Of a stretch of 64,000 nt of DNA, positions 54,562-64,000 are shown piece after piece. This DNA is from a virus. Location of the stretch: positions 1-64,000 of IMG/VR virus record IMGVR_UViG_3300046517_002960; one strand, given 5' to 3'. The notes beneath the pieces are model-generated. The model did not search any database and had not been told where the DNA came from. It was given only the letters and a program-made list of their open reading frames with translations. Each line of letters opens with the position of its first letter. Within the stretch, counting starts at the first letter, position 1. A program made the position numbers and the translations under genes.

Positions 54562-55320
54562 TTACTGCCGCCCCCCGCCCCCGGCGTGACGGCCGGGCGG
54601 CGGGTCAGGCAGCGGCGGCGGGTCCGGCGGCGCGGCGGCGATGTCGGCCAGCTGCTTCTCCCACCGGTCCAGCCCGGCGCCGCACTCGGCCAGGATAGCC
54701 CGCAGCATCACGGTCAGGCTGTCCCCGAACGCGTTCAGCCGGGTCACCCGGGCCTGGGCCTCCACCGGCCCCTCGGCGGCGATCCGGGCCGCGGTCAGCC
54801 GGGCCTGGGCCTCGGCCTCGGCGGTGGTCCGGGCGGCGACGGCCTCAGCCTCGGCCAGGGTCCGGCCGGCCCGCTCCCGGGTGGTCCGCATCAGCTGCGC
54901 CGCGGTCTGCCGGGCGTCGTCCAGCTGGGCGTCGGCGGTGCGCTGGGCCGCGTCCAGCAGCCGCAGCGCGTCGGCCCGGGCCTGCTCCCGGCCGCTCTCG
55001 CCGCGCAGCCGGTCCCGCTCGGAGCGGGTCAGCCGCAGCTCCCCGCGAAGCTGGCCCACCTCGGCGTCGGCCGCCGACCGGGCGGTGGCCAGCTCCGAGC
55101 GGACGCTGCCCGCCTCGGCGCGGGCGTCCCGCAGCTGCCCGGCACACGCCTTCTGCGCGTCCTGCGCGTCCCGCAGCGCGCCGGCGCACCGGGTCAGGAA
55201 CTCGCGGACCTGCACCGGGTCCAGGCCGCCCCGGCGGACGGTCATGAGATCGGCGGCGGTGATGTCATCCGGGGACAGCGGGCCGGCCGGCGGCCTGCCT
55301 CCCGGTGCCTGCGAGGTCAC
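54562..55320 (-). CDS. DivIVA-domain coiled-coil protein
   Basis: LSPDDITAADLMTVRRGGLDPVQVREFL followed by a long coiled coil. Confidence 0.75.
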   Translation of the reverse strand: MTSQAPGGRPPAGPLSPDDITAADLMTVRRGGLDPVQVREFLTRCAGALRDAQDAQKACAGQLRDARAEAGSVRSELATARSAADAEVGQLRGELRLTRSERDRLRGESGREQARADALRLLDAAQRTADAQLDDARQTAAQLMRTTRERAGRTLAEAEAVAARTTAEAEAQARLTAARIAAEGPVEAQARVTRLNAFGDSLTVMLRAILAECGAGLDRWEKQLADIAAAPPDPPPLPDPPPGRHAGGGGRQ

Positions 55321-55321
55321 G

Positions 55322-56452
55322 TCAGTCTCCCCACTGCTCGGCGTGGACCTGCCCGCCGGGCACGCCGAGGCCGATCAGGCGGCCGGTGGTGACCTGGACC
55401 ATCGCGGGAGACCCGCACACGTAGCACTCCCAGCCGGACCAGTCGCCGTCGCGGGCGGCCACGTCGATGACGGTGCCGCGGGCGCCGTCCCAGGAGGCGG
55501 GGGCGCGACCGGACACCGCCGGGACCACCTCCAGCCACGGCCGGGCGCGGGCCTTGGCGGCCAGGGCGTCCAGGTCGTACAGCCCGTCCGGGGTCTGCGC
55601 GCCGAAGTACAGCCGGACCGCGGGCGGGTCCGGGCGGGCGGCCAGCTCCTCCAGCATTGCCGCCAGCGGGGCCAGCCCGGTCGACCCGGCCAGCATCAGC
55701 ACCGGCCGGGGCGTGGCGGCCAGGGTCAGGACCCCGGACGGGGCCGACAGCCGCATCGCGTCGCCCGGGGCGGCCCGCGCGGTGATCGCCGTGGAGAAGA
55801 TCCCGCCGTCGACCGCGCGCACGTGGAAGATCATCGTCCGGCCGTCGCCGGGCGGGTTGGCCGGCGACAGCGGGCGGCGGAACCGGGGCAGCCCGGAGCC
55901 CCGGCCCGGGTCCCGGGTGCCCAGCCACTCGGCCAGCACCGACTGCCCGGCCGTCCAGGCCATCGGGACGGCCAGCCGCACGGCCAGTACGGCGATGTCG
56001 GCGGTGCGGTGCGCGACATCGGTCACGGTGGCGTCCCAGGCGCGCGGCAGGCCGTCGTCCTCGGTGAACGCGGCGGTCATCAGCTTGGCCAGCGCGGTGT
56101 AGGCCTCCGCCCATTCCGCGGCCAGGTCCTCGGTCCAGTCCGCGCCCTTGTGCGCGGCCAGCGCGTACAGCAGCGCGCTGCCGACCAGGTCCCAGTCGCC
56201 GGGCTCGGGGCCGTAGAACCGGTGGTTCTTGCCCAGGCCGCGGGCCAGCTGCGCCAGCACGGCCTCGTCGTCCAGGTGGGTGAGGACCTTCAGCAGCGCG
56301 GCCAGCAGCCGGTCCCGCTGCCGGTCCATGCCGGGCGGGAACATCTCCATCACCCGCTGGCCCCCGGCGCGGAACAGCTCGGCGTAGAACAGCCGGGCCA
56401 GCTCCGCGGTATCGACTCCGGACAGGCTGGCGGCCAGGATCTGGGCATCCAC
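55322..56452 (-). CDS. flavohemoglobin-like protein (globin plus FAD/NAD-binding reductase)
   Basis: ARLFYAELF...QRDRLLAAL...LGKNHRFYG; MLAGSTGLAPL; YVCGSPAMV; GTG start after GGGAGG. Confidence 0.85.
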   Translation of the reverse strand: MDAQILAASLSGVDTAELARLFYAELFRAGGQRVMEMFPPGMDRQRDRLLAALLKVLTHLDDEAVLAQLARGLGKNHRFYGPEPGDWDLVGSALLYALAAHKGADWTEDLAAEWAEAYTALAKLMTAAFTEDDGLPRAWDATVTDVAHRTADIAVLAVRLAVPMAWTAGQSVLAEWLGTRDPGRGSGLPRFRRPLSPANPPGDGRTMIFHVRAVDGGIFSTAITARAAPGDAMRLSAPSGVLTLAATPRPVLMLAGSTGLAPLAAMLEELAARPDPPAVRLYFGAQTPDGLYDLDALAAKARARPWLEVVPAVSGRAPASWDGARGTVIDVAARDGDWSGWECYVCGSPAMVQVTTGRLIGLGVPGGQVHAEQWGD

Positions 56453-56775
56453 CAGGGACGGGCCTCCCGCTTGGGTGCTGAAGCCGGACCAGGCCAGTAA
56501 AGACCTTCGGCGCCCGGATCGCAAGAGCAGGCGCCGGATCCCGGCCGCGAGCCCAGAACCGGGTCAGCGCCCGCAGCACCTCACAGCCGTCGCACGCGCA
56601 CCACATCGCCATGCCGCAGCGCGGGCACCAGTCATAATCCGCAGGCGGGAAGGTTCCGGGCACGTGCTCGTGATGCTCGGTCGGCACACCGCAGTACAGG
56701 CACTCCGGGATGCGGTCCCGGTGACGCGATCCCGGCAGGGGCCTGGCAGCGGAGAACGGCGGGTCCCCGTTCGGC

Positions 56776-58074
56776 TCAGTCCCAGGTGGCGTCATCGGCC
56801 GCCGCCGCGTAGTCGTTGCACTCAGGGCAGTCACGGCAGGCCCGGCCGCCACACACCCGGCACCCGCACGGCCCGGGGGAGTGACCCGGATTCCGGGCAG
56901 GCTCGTACGGGTCCTGGTAGTCCGGATCACGGCGCCACATCATGTCCTCGTCACGCATGCCGGTGTTGCCGAACACGTCCCAGTACGCCTGCTCGCCCTG
57001 CGGCTCGCCGAAAGCCCAGATGCTCTGGCCGTAGCCTGGCGGCTCGCCGTACCCGGGCTGCATGAACTCCGCCGGGGTCGGCCGGAAGCCGGTGCGGGAG
57101 CGGTACTCCGGGTCCGGCAGGTACCCGTCCGCCACCGCGTCCAGCTCCGGCTCGCCTAGCGTGCAGTCACCACTCTCGGCGCAGGCCTGCGCCATCGCGT
57201 CGGCCACGTCCCGCCACAGCGGTTCCGGCCACAGCCGCTGCCCGTCCGCGGTCACGTGCGGATCCAGGCCGCGGCGCCCGGCCACGTACCAGGCGGCGTA
57301 ATCCAGGTCGGCCGCGAACGCGGCGTCGCCGTCGCCCGTCAGCATCCGGGCCTTCCCGGCGTACTGCCAGGCGGTCAGAAGCGGCTCAGCGGCCGTCTCA
57401 GGCGCGTACGGAGGCAGCTGAGGCGGGGGCCTGCCGTCCGCCAGCGCGGCCAGCACGTCGCCGTGACACGGCTCCGGCTTGCAGCAGCAGCCCAGCACCT
57501 TGCCGCGCAGCTCACCCAGCCGGGCCAGCAGCGCGGGCTGGGTCATGATCCAGGCCTCGTACTTCGCGATCACCGCGGCGCGGTCGCCGTCCCGGCCGAG
57601 GACGTACGGGTTGCCCCACTGGCCGGGCCGCATGATGTTCACCTCGCACGGCTCGTGCCGCAGGTTCACCGCCCGGGTAGCCCGGGGGCGCGGGTCGCCG
57701 CAGCCTTCCGGGTCGCCGTCCGCGCTCTCCCAGGCCGGGTCGCCGGAGTGCCGGTACTGTCCCGGCTGCAGGACCAGGGGCGGCGGGGGAGGCTGCGGCG
57801 GAGCCGGCCGGGCCTGGGCAGCAGGGGAAAGCCCGGCCGTCACCGCATCGAAAACCCACCGCGGCCAGGTATGAACCCGCAGCGGGCCTTCAGTGGTCAG
57901 CGCCGGGGCGATCCCGTGCCAGCGTGCTAGCCGTGCGGTCCGCAAGCCTAGCTCGAGCAGGAACCCGTACGTGACAGGAAAGCCCCGGGCTGACGCATAG
58001 TAGTACGTCGTGCACCGCGTGTGGGGTTCGGGCACGGGAAGCTGCGTAACCGCCTCGTAAGGGCCGCCGCTCAC
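56776..58074 (-). CDS. DUF4326-domain protein
   Basis: RPGQWGNPY...AVIAKYEAWI...LRGKVLGCCCKPEPCHGDVL. Confidence 0.8.
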   Translation of the reverse strand: MSGGPYEAVTQLPVPEPHTRCTTYYYASARGFPVTYGFLLELGLRTARLARWHGIAPALTTEGPLRVHTWPRWVFDAVTAGLSPAAQARPAPPQPPPPPLVLQPGQYRHSGDPAWESADGDPEGCGDPRPRATRAVNLRHEPCEVNIMRPGQWGNPYVLGRDGDRAAVIAKYEAWIMTQPALLARLGELRGKVLGCCCKPEPCHGDVLAALADGRPPPQLPPYAPETAAEPLLTAWQYAGKARMLTGDGDAAFAADLDYAAWYVAGRRGLDPHVTADGQRLWPEPLWRDVADAMAQACAESGDCTLGEPELDAVADGYLPDPEYRSRTGFRPTPAEFMQPGYGEPPGYGQSIWAFGEPQGEQAYWDVFGNTGMRDEDMMWRRDPDYQDPYEPARNPGHSPGPCGCRVCGGRACRDCPECNDYAAAADDATWD

Positions 58075-58833
58075 CGGATCGCCGCCATCGGCTCGAGCGC
58101 GCGGCACAGCGGGCACCACACCAGGCCGGCCAGGCCCGCCGCGCGGATCTTGTCCTCCACCCCGGCCCGGGTCATCCGCGGCCACAGCCGCAGTACCTGG
58201 CACGGGGACAGCCCGGCGGCGTACAGCTGCCCGGCCATCGCAGGGGTCAGCGTCTTCGGCAGCGGCGGCACCGGGGGCGCGGGCATGCCGGGCAGCGGCT
58301 CCTGGTCACTCATCGCCGTCCCCCGCATCACCGTGCTCCGCCAGCCCGCCGTCGATCACCCGCAGCACCGGGGCCTCCTCGCGGATCACGAGTCCCGGAT
58401 CGCCGTAGACGGCCCGCAGCAGCCGCTGCACGGCGTCCTGGTTCAGCGGCGCCTGGCCGCGGCGCTCAGCCACGGCGGGCCACCTCGTCCAGCATCTCGC
58501 GGAAGCCCAGATCGATGATCATGTCCGCGGTGCAGATCAGGCAGTCCTGCCCGGGCGGGTGCCGGCCGCAGTCGCCGAGCCGGTCCGCCAGGGCCGCGAG
58601 CACGAGCAGGCGGCTCACCGGAACCCCCGCGCCCGCAGCAAGGTGATCTCGTCCGGGCTGTAGTTCCCGGTGGCCGCCAGGTACAGCAGGTACCCCTCCG
58701 CTCGCGGGCAGAACGTCCCGCCCCCGGCTGCACCGGGGCGCGCCCCGCAGTCGCCTTCGCACTGGCAGCCGCGCGAGCTCCGCTGGCCGGCGCAGTGCGC
58801 GCAGTCACTCGTCGTCATCCCTGTCTCCCGTAT

Positions 58834-58857
58834 CTGTCTGTTGCAGTATACGTCACA
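58834..58857 (-). promoter_or_regulatory. 24-bp promoter/operator, copy 3
   Basis: minus strand tgtgacgTATACTgcaacagacag (20/24 to copies 1-2), upstream of RBS and ORF 58615-58818. Confidence 0.6.
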
Positions 58858-59124
58858 GCTGCGTCCGGCAGACTCGCCAGCGGCGGTACGCACGGGTCTC
58901 GCGGTTGGACCGGTCGATTTCCAGCCTGAGCACGACAGTAGGCACCAGGACGAGGTAGAACCGCCAGCCTTCCCACCAGCCGCCGTCCCAGCCCTGCACG
59001 TCATGAACCCAGTACAGGCCGATCCAGGTGTCGTGCGGGTCGAAGTACGGCCCCCTGAAGTGCACCCGCGGATAGTCCTCATCCGGCAGGGCGGCGACCC
59101 TGGCGCGGCGGCAGCCGGTCACGC

Positions 59125-60423
59125 TCACCACCCCGCCACGGTCAGCTCGCGCTTCGCACGAGTCACAGCCGTATAGAGCCAGCGGGCGCGGGTCCCGGTG
59201 CCGGGCGGCGGCCAGGGCTCCTCGATCACCAGCACCTTGTCCGCTTCCGAGCCCTGGCTCTTGTGCACGGTCTGGGCGTAGCCGTAGTCGAACAGGGCCA
59301 GGTCGCGGTCGCGGATGCCGCGGGCGGCCCCGGGCGGCGCGCCGAACAGGCGCCGGGCCACCTCGCCCTGCCACGGCTCGTCCAGGGCGTCCAGCCCGAT
59401 CGTCATCGGGCAGGTCTCCTCGCCGCCGCGGAGCCGGGGCTCGCCCGCCTGCAGGATGACGCCGCGCTGGCCGTTGAACAGCCCCTCGGCGTGGTTGTTG
59501 CGCAGGCAGATCACCACGTCGCCGGGCTGCGGCGGGCCGCTGCGCCCGTGCCAGGCCCGCATCGCCTCGTTGTGGTACGCGCGGGTGCGGTTGGTCGCGC
59601 ACAGGATCATGTCCGCCTCCCCCGGGTGCAGCCCGTCGTACCCGATCCGGTCCGGGCGGATCTTGGCCACGCCGGGGCCGTACACGCCGTGCGGGATGTG
59701 CCCCTGCTCCCGTGCCCAGCGGGCGACGTTGAGGATCGCCATCCCGGCCGGGTCGGCGGCGCTCTGCCGGTGGATCTCCTCCAGCCGCAGGTGCGGCGCG
59801 GCCATCAGGGAGAACGCGGACTGGACCGGGGGCAGCTGGCCGTGGTCGCCGATGGCCAGCACCGGGACGCCGTGGCTGGTCAGGTCGGCCCACAGCCGCT
59901 CCGGGATCATGGACGCCTCGTCGGCGACGACCAGGTCCAGCCCGGCCAGCGGCTCCGGCACCGGGGTGAAGCTGACCTGCTGCGCGGCCGGGCACGGCTG
60001 CTCACGGCGCTGGTGCGCGGCGCAGCGGTCTTCCCCGGCGGGCAGCATCCCGGTGCTGTCCGCGCAGTAGGCCAGCACGGCCGGGCGGTACAGCAGCCGG
60101 TGGATGGTGGACACCACGGCGGGGCTGGCGCGCAGCGCGTCCAGCTTGCCGCGCAGCACCTGGACCGCCTTGCCGGTGTAGGCGCAGAACGCGATCCGGG
60201 CATCGCCCAGCAGCCCGGGCAGCAGCCCGGCCAGGGTGGTCTTGCCGGTGCCGGCCAGGCCGCCGAGGATCAGCGGGCGCGGCCCCCCGTCGTCGTACCA
60301 CCGGGTAACCGCGTCCAGGGCCTGCCGCTGGCCGTCACTGAGCTGGGCCAGCAGGGCGCCGTGCAGCGAGGCGGGCGACGGCGCGGCGGCCCGGGCCAGG
60401 GCGGGTCCCGCGTCAGCCCTCAC
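59125..60423 (-). CDS. RecD/Dda-like SF1B DNA helicase
   Basis: GLAGTGKTT; CAYTGKA; STIHRLLY; DEASMI; GDHGQLPPV; YAQTVHKSQGSE; WLYTAVTRAK. Confidence 0.92.
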   Translation of the reverse strand: MRADAGPALARAAAPSPASLHGALLAQLSDGQRQALDAVTRWYDDGGPRPLILGGLAGTGKTTLAGLLPGLLGDARIAFCAYTGKAVQVLRGKLDALRASPAVVSTIHRLLYRPAVLAYCADSTGMLPAGEDRCAAHQRREQPCPAAQQVSFTPVPEPLAGLDLVVADEASMIPERLWADLTSHGVPVLAIGDHGQLPPVQSAFSLMAAPHLRLEEIHRQSAADPAGMAILNVARWAREQGHIPHGVYGPGVAKIRPDRIGYDGLHPGEADMILCATNRTRAYHNEAMRAWHGRSGPPQPGDVVICLRNNHAEGLFNGQRGVILQAGEPRLRGGEETCPMTIGLDALDEPWQGEVARRLFGAPPGAARGIRDRDLALFDYGYAQTVHKSQGSEADKVLVIEEPWPPPGTGTRARWLYTAVTRAKRELTVAGW

Positions 60424-60969
60424 GGATGCGCCTTGCGGTACGCCTCATTAGCTGCCTCGCAGCCCCGGCACACGTCCCAGTGATCGCCGTCCGCATCTGC
60501 GTGCAGCTCCCCCAGGGGGAACCGGCCGAAGCAGATGCAGCACATGACCAGCCCGCCCGGGCACGCCGGCCCCCGGTGCTGAGTGCCGCAGCACAGCCGG
60601 ACCGGGACCCAGGGCACCAGCTCCGTGCTCACGCCGGCCTCTGGCGCAGGTGCGGCGCGGCATGGTCCGGGTTGGCGGGCCGGGACCCGGGCGCCCGGTT
60701 GACCGCGCGCAGCCGGGCACCGGAGGGCAGCCACGGAGCGGCCGGGTGGACCTCGCGCGGCTCGCCGTCCAGGTGCAGCGCGTCCCACGGGACCCGGCAG
60801 CCCGCCTCGTGCACGTCGGCCCACCCCTTGCCCATCCGGGCCGGGTCGGCGGCGATCAGCGCGCCGCAGCACGCCGCGCGGACCCACAGCGACCGCGGCG
60901 AGGGCGGCGGGGTCCGGTGCTCCCGGCGCCGCTGACGCGGATCCGTGTTCCGGTACTTGCGGCTGCGGC

Positions 60970-61485
60970 TCATCTGCTCTCCTGTTCCTGGTCATGACGC
61001 CCGCGCTGGCCCGCCGCCGCGCCGCCGTTGCGGCTGATGTACTCCCGCCAGGGCACGAACCCGCCCTGCGGCCAGAACCCCCACTCGCCGCGGCGCGGGC
61101 CGGTGATGACCAGCGTCCACAGCGGGACTTCGACGGTCGTGATCATGTGCGCGGCCCGGCGGCCCATCCGGTGCACGGTGAACCGCTCGCACAGCCGCAT
61201 GAAACGGCGGCCCGGGTCGCGCTTGTCCGGCCAGACCCGCTCGATGTAGGACCCGTGCAGGATGAGCGAGGCGAACGCCCACGGGTGATCGTGCGGATCC
61301 GGGTCCTTATCCGGCCGGTGAATGTGGTGCAGGTACACCGCGAGCCAGGGCGTCTCGATCAGCCGGAGCCGGTCCAGGTACGGGTCGCCGTCCGCGCCGA
61401 TATCGACGCCGGACAGCAGCCCCCACCGGACGTGCGCGCTGCCCGCGGTGATCTTGCGCGTTGCCGTTGCCTGCCTGCCGTTCAT
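60970..61485 (-). CDS. cupin-like phage protein
   Basis: YLHHIHRPD..PDPHDHPWAFASLILHGSYIE. Confidence 0.6.
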   Translation of the reverse strand: MNGRQATATRKITAGSAHVRWGLLSGVDIGADGDPYLDRLRLIETPWLAVYLHHIHRPDKDPDPHDHPWAFASLILHGSYIERVWPDKRDPGRRFMRLCERFTVHRMGRRAAHMITTVEVPLWTLVITGPRRGEWGFWPQGGFVPWREYISRNGGAAAGQRGRHDQEQESR

Positions 61486-61680
61486 CTGCTCTCCTGCCCT
61501 GTCATGGCTGTCTCCTGCCCTGTCGTGATTATCATCTGCTGCCGCACCGGCACGGCCCGTGCCGCGGGCAGCCCTGCGCGCACCAGTGGCCTTCGGCCGC
61601 GCCGTTGCCGGGGCTGGCGTCGCGGCTCCAGCACCGGCAGCGCCGGGTCCGGGCGCGGCGCCACCACCGGGCCACCGGGT

Positions 61681-64000
61681 TCACGAGCTGTCCGGCCAGG
61701 CCTGGAACGGACCCTCGCCGGCCGCCTCGATCGGCACTCCGTAGATCTCGTAGAACCGCTGGCTGCGCATGCACGCGATCAGCGTGGCCAGCGCCTCCTC
61801 GGCCTCGGCTAGCGGCACGAACGCGAACACCTCGTCGTGGATGGGCAGCAGCGGGTAGTGCCCCCACCGGGTGTCCTTCCACCGCAGCACCCCGTCGACC
61901 AGCAGCTCGCGGGCGGTGCCCTGGATGCAGTTGTGCGACAGGAACCCGTCCGCGATCAAGGTCCGGGTGCTGGTCTGGATTGAGGCGAGCACCAGGTCCC
62001 CGGCAGGCTCTACCGCTTCCACCTGAACAGGTTCGGTCATCCCGGCGGTCACCGAGATGTCCTCCCACAGCGCCTCGTAACGCGGCTGGAAGCGCACCGG
62101 CTGGAGCGTGCCGAGAATCTGCATGATGTGCCGGACAGATGTAGTCCCGGCCCGGTGGCACCGGGACGTGTTACCCAGTGAATCCGGCCGGAGCGTGTGC
62201 ATCAGCCCCAGGTCAGTCATGCCCTTGCAGAACGCGTCCATCACCGGGCCTGGATTCTGGGCGAACTCCAGCTTGCGGGCGGCCCGGACCTGATTCGGCG
62301 TGCAGATCTGGAGGTTTGCCTCGCCGTCGTACAGCCCGGCCAGCCAGCCAGCCGTACGAGTGTCAGCTTCCCGCCAGGTCCCGATGGACAGCAGCTCGTC
62401 GCCAGGCTGAAGTACGTCAGCCTGCACCCAGGACAGGTACCGGCCGCGCTTGCCGTTGAGCTGCCTGCGCCGGACAAGCCACAGGTGGTCCGCGCTGCAC
62501 GTGACAGCCCGGCCGCCGGCCCGCACCAGGACAGACGGCTTGCGCACCATGCTGGCGGCTTCCACGACAGCCGTCCGCATCCGGCGATGCTGATTACCGG
62601 GCAGCCGGTTCTCATCGAAAGCCACGAGCCGGTCGCCCACCTGAATCTCCGCGGCTGGCACGTACCGCAGATCGCTTCTGAGCACGGGCGTGTCCGGGGC
62701 CAGGCAGTAGTTGCCGGCCGCGTGGTGACGGCCGCGGGGCAGCCAGATGGTCCGGCCGGAGTACGCGGTCCAGGCCCGGTTGCCGGATTGCGCGTAGGCC
62801 CGCATCTCCTGGTCCCAGGCGGCGTACCGGGGAGCGATCTGCTCGAACGCCCGGTGCACCGCCCGGCCGTGCGCCACTGGCAGCCCGACCTGCTTCGCCC
62901 CGGTGTCCGGGCCGCCGCCGAACATCTTACTGAACACGATGCGCTTGGAGTTGTAGCGGTCTTCCTTGCCGGCGTTCCCGCCGAAGGCCATCCGGGCGGC
63001 CATCCAGTGCAGCCCCTTCTGGTCCAGCCCGCAGGCCGGGTGACACGGGTCGTTCCCGCACGCCTGGCAGCGGGTGGACAGCTCGGCCTCCAGCAGCGCG
63101 AAGTCGCCGCTCAGCGCGGCGCCGACCCGGATCTCCACGCCGGAGAAGTCGGCGCTGATCCCGGCCATCGGCACCCCGTACGGGCTGGTCAGCTCGTCGT
63201 CGGCGATGACGCAGGCGCGGATCCCGCCCTGCCGTGAGAATTGTTGCCCGTTGGGTCTCACGCAACTACTGCGACCCGTGTCGGCGTTGATCGTGTAGAC
63301 CACCGGGCGCATCCGGCCGTCGCCGCGTTCGCACAGCGTGTTCAGCGGGTTGAGCAGCAGGCCGAGGGTAGTGACGTCATGCCGGTACTCCAGGATCTGC
63401 CGGCACAGCTCGGAATGCTCGTAGAAGTCCCGGCCGTCCTGGCCGTCCTGCTTGGCCAGCGGCTCGAGCACGTCCTTGGCCGCGGACGGGCCGCCGCTCC
63501 CGGTCCGGCCCAGCGGCACGCCCATCGCGGCCAGCGCGGCCGGGACTTCCTTGGACGAGCTCGGGTTGGCGATGTCCGGGCACAGCTCGGCCACCCGCCG
63601 CCGGGCTGCCTCGCGGGCCTGCTCGTACTCGGCGATCTTGGCCTGGATGTGGCGGTGGTCCAGCCGGAACCCGTCGTGCGCGACCCGGGCGCACATGGCC
63701 TGGAAGACCCGCTCGCGGGCCAGCACGTGCTCGTCCGGGCGGGGCAGCACGCGCAGCACCGCGGCCAGGTCCAGCACGTCGGACCCGGCGTACCGCTCGA
63801 ACGTCTCGCAGTCCTTGCGGACCATGGCCCAGCCGGATTTCTCCCGCGGGGTGCTGGCCTCCAGGTTGGTCAGCCACCGGCCGGACTTGAACAGCGCGCT
63901 GCGCGCCTCGTCGGCCGGCTTGGACGCCGAGTAGCCGCCCAGCAGGCCGAGGGCGAGCCGCTTCAGCTCGTTCTCGTCCGACCCGGCCAGCGACGGGTCG
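61681..64000 (-). CDS. family A DNA polymerase, 5' part beyond the window, intein-containing
   Basis: TGRSS...NGQQ; motif A ADFSGVEIR; motif B KRIVFSKMFGG; IQGTA; motif C IHDEV; frame open to 64000. Confidence 0.92.
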   Translation of the reverse strand, partial: DPSLAGSDENELKRLALGLLGGYSASKPADEARSALFKSGRWLTNLEASTPREKSGWAMVRKDCETFERYAGSDVLDLAAVLRVLPRPDEHVLARERVFQAMCARVAHDGFRLDHRHIQAKIAEYEQAREAARRRVAELCPDIANPSSSKEVPAALAAMGVPLGRTGSGGPSAAKDVLEPLAKQDGQDGRDFYEHSELCRQILEYRHDVTTLGLLLNPLNTLCERGDGRMRPVVYTINADTGRSSCVRPNGQQFSRQGGIRACVIADDELTSPYGVPMAGISADFSGVEIRVGAALSGDFALLEAELSTRCQACGNDPCHPACGLDQKGLHWMAARMAFGGNAGKEDRYNSKRIVFSKMFGGGPDTGAKQVGLPVAHGRAVHRAFEQIAPRYAAWDQEMRAYAQSGNRAWTAYSGRTIWLPRGRHHAAGNYCLAPDTPVLRSDLRYVPAAEIQVGDRLVAFDENRLPGNQHRRMRTAVVEAASMVRKPSVLVRAGGRAVTCSADHLWLVRRRQLNGKRGRYLSWVQADVLQPGDELLSIGTWREADTRTAGWLAGLYDGEANLQICTPNQVRAARKLEFAQNPGPVMDAFCKGMTDLGLMHTLRPDSLGNTSRCHRAGTTSVRHIMQILGTLQPVRFQPRYEALWEDISVTAGMTEPVQVEAVEPAGDLVLASIQTSTRTLIADGFLSHNCIQGTARELLVDGVLRWKDTRWGHYPLLPIHDEVFAFVPLAEAEEALATLIACMRSQRFYEIYGVPIEAAGEGPFQAWPDSS
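61930..62706 (-). mobile_element. intein (259 aa) with LAGLIDADG-type segment
   Basis: GNY|CLAPDTPVL...ADHLWL...WLAGLYDGEA...TLIADGFLSHN|CIQGTA. Confidence 0.92.

Noticed and set aside
1-64000. tRNA, rRNA, or virion structural and terminase genes
   Set aside because: None recognised by eye, so the phage assignment rests on gene content and organisation only; a large plasmid or ICE is not excluded

Overview
High-GC actinobacterial virus-like DNA, most likely part of a large actinophage genome. No capsid or tail genes and no tRNAs were seen. About 1-52.6 kb is a + strand run of roughly 100 short, mostly hypothetical ORFs with a stereotyped ribosome-binding site (GATCAGGAG, later AACAGGAG). About 52.7-64 kb is a - strand block: UbiC-like ORF, DUF1906 lysin, DivIVA-like protein, flavohemoglobin-like protein, DUF4326 protein, RecD/Dda-like helicase and an intein-containing family A DNA polymerase running off the right end. 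The main discovery is in the first 24 kb: 15 complete type II hammerhead ribozymes (GGC-GAAA-C/stem III-GUC-stem I-CYGAYGA-U-GCC plus a 3' pseudoknot), each between a stop codon and the next RBS, with compensatory base changes between copies. This suggests a protein-free system that cuts one long transcript into gene-sized RNAs. A CCGG-CYRR-CCGG hairpin/palindrome occurs 24 times, inside and outside the ribozymes. Also seen: a second two-copy structured RNA motif, a three-copy promoter/operator, a four-copy G6 motif, and an HNH cassette that invaded another HNH gene and supplies it a replacement 5' end. All calls and counts are by eye; no ribozyme activity or database match has been tested.
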